DNA of 32,000 nucleotides from Microcystis aeruginosa NIES-843 (GTDB lineage Bacteria; Cyanobacteriota; Cyanobacteriia; Cyanobacteriales; Microcystaceae): NCBI RefSeq assembly GCF_000010625.1, contig NC_010296.1, positions 120,001 to 152,000 of the forward strand, read 5' to 3'. Shown piece by piece: positions 25,962 to 32,000 of this stretch (position 1 is its first letter; each line of letters starts with the position of its first letter). The notes under the pieces were generated by a model. It saw only the letters and a program-made list of their open reading frames with translations, ran no database searches and was not told where the DNA came from. The position numbers and the translations under genes were made by a program.

Positions 25962-26882
25962 ATGAAAACCGACACGATTTTCTACCGACTTTTTCAAACC
26001 TTTCCCGATCTTCTGTTTGAGTTAATCGACTTTCCCAGGGAATTAGCCAATTTCTATCGATTTTCCTCCGTAGAGGTGAAACAACTATCCTTTCGCATCG
26101 ATGGAGTCTTTCTACCAGAACGGCAAGATTTACCAATTTATTTTACCGAAGTTCAGTTTCAGAATGATCCGGAGTTTTATGCGCGTTTTTTCGCCGAAAT
26201 TTTTCTCTATCTCAAACAGACGCAGTTAAAAAATAATTGGCGCGGGGTGGTGATCTATCCGAATCGAAGGGTGGAAAAGGATAATATAGAGCGATATAGA
26301 GAGCTATTACAAGAAACAAGAGTACAAAGGATTTATCTCGAGGAATTAGCCGAGAGTCCACCAGATTCGCTCGGATTAGCGACGCTAGAGTTAGTAAGCT
26401 TACCCGAAGCGCAAGTGATCAACCGGGGAAGGGAGTTAATCGCGCGAGTGAGGGAAACGGGGGTAGAAAATCGCCCACAGGAACTTTTAGAATTGATAGA
26501 GACGATTTTGATTTACAAGTTGCCGCGGATTAATCGAAAGGAGATAGAAGCTATGTTTAGTTTAAGCGAGTTAAGACAGACGCGTGTGTTTCAGGAGGCC
26601 CTAGAGGAAGGTCGCCAAGAAGGTCGCCAAGAAGGTCGTCAAGAAGGTCGCCAAGAAGGTCGTCAAGAAGGTCGCCAAGAAGGTCGCCAAGAAGGTCGCC
26701 AAGAAGGTCGCCAAGAAGGTCGCCAAGAAGGTCGCCAAGAAGGGGAAATCATCGGAAAATTGGCTTCTGTTCCCTTATTATTGCGAGCGGAGGTTAATCC
26801 CCAAGAAATCGCCGCTTCTCTGGGATTATCTCTCGAACAGGTCTTAGAAGTGGCTCGCTCGCCGGGAGAGAGCGATCGCTAG
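25962..26882 (+). CDS. Rpn/DUF2887-like PD-(D/E)XK nuclease (putative transposase-like), tandem copy 1 (306 aa, 11 EGRQ repeats)
   Basis: MKTDTIFYRLFQTFPDLLFELI, FRIDGVFLPE and PIYFTEVQFQNDPEFYARFFAEIFLY fit the D...ExQ core of Rpn/YhgA-like proteins. A DUF4351-like C-terminal tail follows the repeat block. Confidence 0.7.
   Translation: MKTDTIFYRLFQTFPDLLFELIDFPRELANFYRFSSVEVKQLSFRIDGVFLPERQDLPIYFTEVQFQNDPEFYARFFAEIFLYLKQTQLKNNWRGVVIYPNRRVEKDNIERYRELLQETRVQRIYLEELAESPPDSLGLATLELVSLPEAQVINRGRELIARVRETGVENRPQELLELIETILIYKLPRINRKEIEAMFSLSELRQTRVFQEALEEGRQEGRQEGRQEGRQEGRQEGRQEGRQEGRQEGRQEGRQEGRQEGEIIGKLASVPLLLRAEVNPQEIAASLGLSLEQVLEVARSPGESDR
26607..26738 (+). repeat. In-frame 12-nt tandem repeat gaaggtcg(c/t)caa x11 (EGRQ)
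   Basis: Counted directly in the sequence. Followed by gaagggga (EGE). Confidence 0.95.
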
Positions 26883-27018
26883 GGTATTTTCAGAACTAAA
26901 AAAGCGATGGAATTGGCTAAAATCGCTTTTTATTGGCAGTCTGAAGGCAATTAACCCCAAAAAAGTCAAAAATACTCCTCCAGAAGCCAGCGACGCACCA
27001 GAGGGATAGACCGAACTC

Positions 27019-27927
27019 ATGAAAACCGACACGATTTTCTACCGACTTTTTCAAACCTTTCCCGATCTTCTGTTTGAGTTAATCGACTTTCCCAGCGAAT
27101 TAGCCGATTTCTATCGATTTTCCTCCGTAGAGGTGAAACAACTATCTTTTCGCATCGATGGAGTCTTTCTACCAGAACGGCAAGATTTACCAATTTATTT
27201 TACCGAAGTTCAGTTTCAGAATGATCCGGAGTTTTATGCGCGTTTTTTCGCCGAAATTTTTCTCTATCTCAAACAGACGCAGTTAAAAAACAATTGGCGC
27301 GGGGTGGTGATCTATCCGAATCGAAGGGTGGAAAAGGAGAATATAGAGCGATATAGAGAGCTATTACAAGAAACAAGAGTACAAAGGATTTATCTCGAGG
27401 AATTAGCCGAGAGTCCACCAGATTCGCTCGGATTAGCGACGCTAGAGTTAGTAAGCTTACCCGAAGCGCAAGTGATCAACCGGGGAAGGGAGTTAATCGT
27501 GCGAGTGAGGGAAACGGGGGTAGAAAATCGCCAACAGGAACTTTTAGAATTGATAGAGACGATTTTGATTTACAAGTTGCCGCGGATTAATCGAAAGGAG
27601 ATAGAAGCTATGTTTAGTTTAAGCGAGTTAAGACAGACGCGTGTGTTTCAGGAGGCCCTAGAGGAAGGTCGCCAAGAAGGTCGCCAAGAAGGTCGCCAAG
27701 AAGGTCGCCAAGAAGGTCGCCAAGAAGGTCGCCAAGAAGGTCGTCAAGAAGGTCGCCAAGAAGGTCGCCAAGAAGGTCGCCAAGAAGGGGAAATCATCGG
27801 AAAATTGGCTTCTGTTCCCTTATTATTGCGAGCGGGGGTTAATCCCAAGGAAATCGCCGCTTCTCTGGGATTATCTCTCGAACAGGTCTTAGAAGTGGCT
27901 CGATCGCTGGGAGAGAGCGAGCGCTAG
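27019..27927 (+). CDS. Rpn/DUF2887-like PD-(D/E)XK nuclease, tandem copy 2 (302 aa, 10 EGRQ repeats)
   Basis: Near-identical to copy 1 apart from a few substitutions and one fewer repeat unit. Confidence 0.7.
   Translation: MKTDTIFYRLFQTFPDLLFELIDFPSELADFYRFSSVEVKQLSFRIDGVFLPERQDLPIYFTEVQFQNDPEFYARFFAEIFLYLKQTQLKNNWRGVVIYPNRRVEKENIERYRELLQETRVQRIYLEELAESPPDSLGLATLELVSLPEAQVINRGRELIVRVRETGVENRQQELLELIETILIYKLPRINRKEIEAMFSLSELRQTRVFQEALEEGRQEGRQEGRQEGRQEGRQEGRQEGRQEGRQEGRQEGRQEGEIIGKLASVPLLLRAGVNPKEIAASLGLSLEQVLEVARSLGESER
27664..27783 (+). repeat. In-frame 12-nt tandem repeat x10 (EGRQ)
   Basis: Counted directly in the sequence. Confidence 0.95.
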
Positions 27928-28019
27928 GGTATTTTCAGAAGTTCGATTGCCGATTTCCCCTTTAAGATAAATAGGAACCCCTAAAGGGAAGACTTTCGGC
28001 AGCGGAATAGACCGAACTC

Positions 28020-28844
28020 ATGAAAACCGACACGATTTTCTACCGACTTTTTCAAACCTTTCCCGATCTTCTGTTTGAGTTAATCGACTTTCCCAGGGAA
28101 TTAGCCGATTTCTATCGATTTTCCTCCGTAGAGGTGAAACAACTATCTTTTCGCATCGATGGAGTCTTTCTACCAGAACGGCAAGATTTACCAATTTATT
28201 TTACCGAAGTTCAGTTTCAGAATGATCCGGAGTTTTATGCGCGTTTTTTCGCCGAAATTTTTCTCTATCTCAAACAGACGCAGTTAAAAAACAATTGGCG
28301 CGGGGTGGTGATCTATCCGAATCGAAGGGTGGAAAAGGAGAATATAGAGCGATATAGAGAGCTATTACAAGAAACAAGAGTACAAAGGATTTATCTCGAG
28401 GAATTAGCCGAGAGTCCACCAGATTCGCTCGGATTAGCGACGCTAGAGTTAGTAAGCTTACCCGAAGCGCAAGTGATCAACCAAGTTCGGGAGTTAATCG
28501 TGCGAGTGAGGGAAACGGGGGTAGAAAATCGCCAACAGGAACTTTTAGAATTGATAGAGACGATTTTGATTTACAAGTTGCCGCGGATTAATCGAAAGGA
28601 GATAGAAGCTATGTTTAGTTTAAGCGAGTTAAGACAGACGCGTGTGTTTCAGGAGGCCCTAGAGGAAGGTCGTCAAGAAGGTCGCCAAGAAGGTCGCCAA
28701 GAAGGGGAAATCATCGGAAAATTAGCTTCTGTTCCCTTATTATTGCGAGCGGGGGTTAATCCCCAAGAAATCGCCGCTTCTCTGGGATTATCTCTTGAAC
28801 AGGTCTTAGAAGTGGCTCGCTCGCTGGGAGAGAGCGAGCGCTAG
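28020..28844 (+). CDS. Rpn/DUF2887-like PD-(D/E)XK nuclease, tandem copy 3 (274 aa, 3 EGRQ repeats)
   Basis: Near-identical to copies 1 and 2. The length difference is fully explained by the repeat number. Confidence 0.7.
   Translation: MKTDTIFYRLFQTFPDLLFELIDFPRELADFYRFSSVEVKQLSFRIDGVFLPERQDLPIYFTEVQFQNDPEFYARFFAEIFLYLKQTQLKNNWRGVVIYPNRRVEKENIERYRELLQETRVQRIYLEELAESPPDSLGLATLELVSLPEAQVINQVRELIVRVRETGVENRQQELLELIETILIYKLPRINRKEIEAMFSLSELRQTRVFQEALEEGRQEGRQEGRQEGEIIGKLASVPLLLRAGVNPQEIAASLGLSLEQVLEVARSLGESER
28665..28700 (+). repeat. In-frame 12-nt tandem repeat x3 (EGRQ)
   Basis: Counted directly in the sequence. Confidence 0.95.
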
Positions 28845-28883
28845 GGTATTTTCAGAAGTTCGATTGTCGATTTCCCCTTTCAG

Positions 28884-29071
28884 GACGAATTTGAACCGGT
28901 GGAGGGACGACTTTCGGCAGTAGAGATATAATTTTCTTATCTTCTTTCCCCCCTTTCTTCGATGCTATCCCTACTAAAAAAGCTCTGGAATTGGCTAAAA
29001 TCGCTCTTTATTGCCAGTCCGAAGGCAATTAACCTCAAAAAAGTCGAAAATACTCCTCCAGAACCCAGCGA
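28884..29071 (+). repeat. 188-bp direct repeat, copy 2
   Basis: See 25749-25936. Confidence 0.85.
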
Positions 29072-30746
29072 TGGGGAATATGAAGGGATATTGATGGGGT
29101 TATTCGAGCAGGTGGCGGCGGGAACCACTACCGACGGGTTACGGGAATGGCTACACAGTCGCCATTGTGACGATAAAAAGCTGGCGCAGTGGCTAGGGGT
29201 CAAAAGCGAGGAATGGCTACAGTATCCAGAAGATTATCAAACTTTAGGGCGAGATCTGGCGGCTTTAGGCAAGGTGATGACGGGAAATCTGGGGGAAGTG
29301 TCCCAACGGATTAGCCTCCAGTTGCGCGACGCGGTGAGGGATGTTTCCGGTGTGGAGGAGGAAAATCTAGACTCAAAGGAGACGGATTTAACGGAAGTGG
29401 TTCAGGATGTCGCATTCTGGTTTGAGCAAGGATACCAGAAACTAATCAATGGGGATTTTATCGGCGCGATCGCCTCTTACGACAAAGCTTTAGAAATTAA
29501 ACCCGATGACCATGAAGCTTGGTACAACCGAGGGATTGCGTTAGGTAATTTAGGCAGATTTGCAGAAGCGATCGCATCCTACGATCGAGCTTTAGAAATT
29601 AAACCCGATTTACATCAAGCTTGGTACAACCGAGGGATTGCGTTAGGTAATTTAGGCAGATTAGAAGAAGCGATCGCATCTTACGACCAAGCTTTAGAAA
29701 TTAAACCCGATCAGCATGAAGCTTGGTACAATCGAGGGATTGCGTTAGGTAATTTAGGCAGATTTGCAGAAGCGATCGCCTCTTACGACAAAGCTTTAGA
29801 AATTAAACCCGATGACCATGAAGCTTGGTACAACCGAGGGATTGCGTTAGGTAATTTAGGCAGATTTGCAGAAGCGATCGCATCCTACGATCGAGCTTTA
29901 GAAATTAAACCCGATTTACATCAAGCTTGGTACAACCGAGGGATTGCGTTAGGTAATTTAGGCAGATTAGAAGAAGCGATCGCATCTTACGACCAAGCTT
30001 TAGAAATTAAACCCGATCAGCATGAAGCTTGGTACAATCGAGGGATTGCGTTAGGTAATTTAGGCAGATTTGCAGAAGCGATCGCCTCTTACGACAAAGC
30101 TTTAGAAATTAAACCCGATGACCATCAAGCTTGGTACGGCCGAGGGTTTGCGTTAGATGATTTAGGCAGATTTGCAGAAGCGATCGCCTCTTACGACAAA
30201 GCTTTAGAAATTAAACCCGATTACCATCAAGCTTGGTACAACCGAGGGTTTGCGTTAGGTAATTTAGGCAGATTTGAACAAGCGATCGCATCTTACGATC
30301 GAGCTTTAGAATTTAAACCCGATTTGCATGAAGCTTGGGTTAATCGAGGGGTTGCGTTAGGTAATTTAGGCAGATTAGAAGAAGCGCTCGCATCTTACGA
30401 CAAAGCTTTAGAATTTAAACCCGATTTGCATGAAGCTTGGAACAACCGAGGGATTGCCTTAGATAATTTACGCAGATTTGAACAAGCGCTCGCATCTTAC
30501 GACAAAGCTTTAGAAATTAAACCCGATTTGCATGAAGCTTGGAACAACCGAGGGATTGCGTTAGCTAATTTACGCAGATTTGAACAAGCGCTCGCATCCT
30601 ACGATCGAGCTTTAGAAATTAAACCCGATTTCCATCAAGCTTGGACTAACCGAGGGAATGCGTTAAGGAATTTAGGCAGATGGGCAGAAGCGATCGCCTC
30701 TTACTACCAAGCGGTAGCCATTAAATCCGATGACCATCAAGCTTAG
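28962..30746 (+). CDS. TPR-repeat protein (594 aa, about 13 consecutive 34-aa TPR units), probably a truncated TPR-CHAT protein
   Basis: The unit AWYNRGIALGNLGRFAEAIASYDKALEIKPD.H. recurs every 102 nt. The ORF ends at a TAG where every other unit has TGG (HQAW). Confidence 0.85.
   Translation: MLSLLKKLWNWLKSLFIASPKAINLKKVENTPPEPSDGEYEGILMGLFEQVAAGTTTDGLREWLHSRHCDDKKLAQWLGVKSEEWLQYPEDYQTLGRDLAALGKVMTGNLGEVSQRISLQLRDAVRDVSGVEEENLDSKETDLTEVVQDVAFWFEQGYQKLINGDFIGAIASYDKALEIKPDDHEAWYNRGIALGNLGRFAEAIASYDRALEIKPDLHQAWYNRGIALGNLGRLEEAIASYDQALEIKPDQHEAWYNRGIALGNLGRFAEAIASYDKALEIKPDDHEAWYNRGIALGNLGRFAEAIASYDRALEIKPDLHQAWYNRGIALGNLGRLEEAIASYDQALEIKPDQHEAWYNRGIALGNLGRFAEAIASYDKALEIKPDDHQAWYGRGFALDDLGRFAEAIASYDKALEIKPDYHQAWYNRGFALGNLGRFEQAIASYDRALEFKPDLHEAWVNRGVALGNLGRLEEALASYDKALEFKPDLHEAWNNRGIALDNLRRFEQALASYDKALEIKPDLHEAWNNRGIALANLRRFEQALASYDRALEIKPDFHQAWTNRGNALRNLGRWAEAIASYYQAVAIKSDDHQA
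29466..30077 (+). repeat. Perfect tandem duplication of a 306-bp block (3 TPR units) within the TPR gene
   Basis: The anchor gcgatcgcctcttacgacaaagc recurs at 29466, 29772 and 30078. The 102-aa protein blocks are identical in the translation. Confidence 0.85.
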
Positions 30747-30857
30747 TCTGACCGAGGGTGGGCGATTTGTTCTCTGGGTAAAATAGGGCTAGATCAACTA
30801 ACAGAATACAGCGATCCTTACCATTGGGCAGCCTATACCCTGACTGGACAGGACTAA
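30747..30857 (+). pseudogene. Relic 3' end of the TPR gene with a CHAT-domain-type C-terminus
   Basis: In frame after the TAG the sequence reads SDRGWAICSLGKIGLDQLTEYSDPYHWAAYTLTGQD*. P(Y/F)(Y/H)WAAF/YxLxG is the usual C-terminal end of CHAT-domain proteins. Confidence 0.5.
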
Positions 30858-30860
30858 CTT

Positions 30861-30986
30861 ATGGAAATTCCCAAAACAATTATCGATCTTGAAGCGCTGC
30901 TAATTGCCCTCGCACAGCAGACTGAACCCTTGCCAGAATATCTACAGCGATCACTCAAAGAAATTGGACGATTACTAAGGTGTTAG
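30861..30986 (+). CDS. Possible 41-aa ORF (MEIPKTIIDLEALLIALAQQTEPLPEYLQRSLKEIGRLLRC)
   Basis: ATG-initiated and below the ORF-track cutoff. No family recognised. Confidence 0.2.
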   Translation: MEIPKTIIDLEALLIALAQQTEPLPEYLQRSLKEIGRLLRC

Positions 30987-31056
30987 GTTTCATGCTTCAA
31001 CTCAACCTAAGTTCTATAAAAATTATCGGTAAACCCAAAAAAAAGGAAGCTAAATC

Positions 31057-31335
31057 ATGAAAATTACTATCGATATTCCCGATGAATTGCTTCAACATTA
31101 CAACTACAATAATCTTACCCGTGAAATTTTAGAGGCTTTGGTGGTGCAGGCCTACCGAGCGGAAAAAATCACCAGTGCCGAGGTCGGAAGTATTTTAGGT
31201 CTATCTTCTCGTTGGGTGGTGGATGCTTTTTTGAAAAACCACGATGCCGATTTACATTACAATGAAGTCGATCTAGAGAGCGATCGCAAGACTCTTCAGC
31301 AACTTCGCAACAAACACGATCATAGTCTTTTATGA
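31057..31335 (+). CDS. UPF0175-family antitoxin-like protein (92 aa)
   Basis: MKITIDIPDELL...EALVVQAYRAEKITSAEVGSILGLSSRWVVDAFLKNH...DLESDRKTLQQL fits the UPF0175 pattern. This family is normally followed by a DUF3368/PIN-like toxin gene. Confidence 0.65.
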   Translation: MKITIDIPDELLQHYNYNNLTREILEALVVQAYRAEKITSAEVGSILGLSSRWVVDAFLKNHDADLHYNEVDLESDRKTLQQLRNKHDHSLL

Positions 31336-31375
31336 TAGTCGTTTCAATTAAATTGAAGATAGATTTCGCCTTTGA

Positions 31376-31522
31376 TACCCCCTTAATAAGGAGGGTGCTG
31401 ATCCCCCCTTGATCCCCCCTTAATAAGGGGGGCGCTGATCCCTCCTTGATCCTAGGGTTGATTCATAGTAGGGTTGATTCATGAATCAACCCTACTACCC
31501 TTAATAAGGGGGGTGCTGATGG
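31376..31522. repeat. Cluster of REP-like hairpin repeats (3 copies of cccccttaataaggggg-gtgctgat)
   Basis: Copies lie at about 31378, 31415 and 31497. Each can form a ccccctt/aaggggg stem with an aat loop. The cluster sits between convergent genes. Confidence 0.7.
31466..31497. terminator. Perfect 32-nt palindrome (16-bp arms), a candidate bidirectional terminator
   Basis: tagtagggttgattca|tgaatcaaccctacta. It is preceded by a direct half-copy, tagggttgattcatag. There is no U-tract, so terminator function is inferred only from position. Confidence 0.35.
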
Positions 31523-31546
31523 TTTTTAACACCTACCTACTTAAAA

Positions 31547-32000
31547 CTACATTCCCATAATTTCGTAACCGGAATCTACATAAATAATCTGTCCGGTAAT
31601 ACCACTAGCAAGATCACTGGCTAAAAAAGCGGCCGTATTTCCCACCTCAATTTGTGTCACGGTGCGATGTAAAGGAGCGATTTCTTCCACATGATGGATC
31701 ATATCAAGAATTCCCCCGACGGCCGAAGATGCTAAGGTGCGAATTGGACCGGCAGAAATACCATTAACTCGGATCTTTTGGCCACCTAATTCCGCGGCTA
31801 AATAGCGAACACTCATTTCTAAACCAGCTTTTGCCACCCCCATTAAATTATAGTTAGGAATTACCTTGACACCGCCGAGATAGGTAAGAGTAATAATACT
31901 TCCCCCTGCCGTCATCAAGGGTTTAGCCGATCGAGCTAGACGGGTTAGGGAAAAAGTGCTAATATCTAGGGATTTAGTGAAAGCTTCCCGAGGGATGGCG
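31547..32000 (-). CDS. fabI: Enoyl-[acyl-carrier-protein] reductase FabI, C-terminal part (the N-terminus lies beyond the window)
   Basis: ...YLAAELGGQKIRVNGISAGPIRTLASSAVGG...VTQIEVGNTAAFLASDLASGITGQIIYVDSGYEIMGM. The reading frame stays open to position 32000. Confidence 0.9.
   Translation of the reverse strand, partial: AIPREAFTKSLDISTFSLTRLARSAKPLMTAGGSIITLTYLGGVKVIPNYNLMGVAKAGLEMSVRYLAAELGGQKIRVNGISAGPIRTLASSAVGGILDMIHHVEEIAPLHRTVTQIEVGNTAAFLASDLASGITGQIIYVDSGYEIMGM

Noticed and set aside
26607-26738. Highly regular short direct repeats (also at 27664-27783 and 28665-28700) that could at first glance suggest a CRISPR-like array
   Set aside because: The units are 12 nt, contiguous and without spacers. 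They lie in frame inside long ORFs and encode EGRQ, so this is a coding microsatellite.
29466-30746. 102-nt periodic repeats containing the palindrome GCGATCGC, considered as a possible repeat-spacer array
   Set aside because: The periodicity equals one 34-aa TPR unit inside a continuous ORF. The palindrome is the cyanobacterial HIP1 motif, here encoding Ala-Ile-Ala.
1-32000. Search for tRNA, rRNA, tmRNA, CRISPR arrays, integrase genes and attC-like sites
   Set aside because: Reading both strands I recognised no cloverleaf-compatible segments, rRNA-like conserved blocks, repeat-spacer arrays or tyrosine/serine recombinase motifs. This absence is by eye only and should be confirmed with tRNAscan-SE and Infernal.

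Overview
The window looks cyanobacterial, most likely Microcystis-like. This rests on frequent GCGATCGC (HIP1) palindromes, low GC content, a very high IS load and many small toxin-antitoxin-type genes. No similarity search was possible, so every family name comes from motifs I recognise in the translations.

Positions 1-19000 are a plastic accessory region. It holds an IS630-type element nested inside another IS630-type element. It also holds two copies of an IS1634/IS4-like element, one of them invaded by an ISKra4-like element that has a 182-bp MITE derivative nearby, and two protein-identical ISL3 copies. Several TA-like pairs and decayed toxin-gene copies are present as well.

The most interesting part is a co-oriented island of uncharacterised genes at 2392-9658:
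- Three paralogous small proteins, one carrying a beta-gamma-crystallin insert with two Ca-binding motifs, and one split by an IS.
- A start-less zinc-ribbon relic.
- A gene with a degenerate Nudix-like box, split by ISL3.
- A translationally coupled gene with a CNF1/CheD-like SGC-x15-H motif.

Positions 19000-32000 are mostly core genes: murJ, hisS, a P1B-4-type ATPase and a partial fabI. Two features there are unusual. One is a tandem array of three Rpn/DUF2887-like PD-(D/E)XK genes with 11, 10 and 3 copies of an in-frame 12-nt repeat, bracketed by 188-bp duplicated host sequence. The other is a TPR gene with a perfect 306-bp internal duplication and a relic CHAT-type C-terminus after a nonsense codon.

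I recognised no rRNA, tRNA or CRISPR array.
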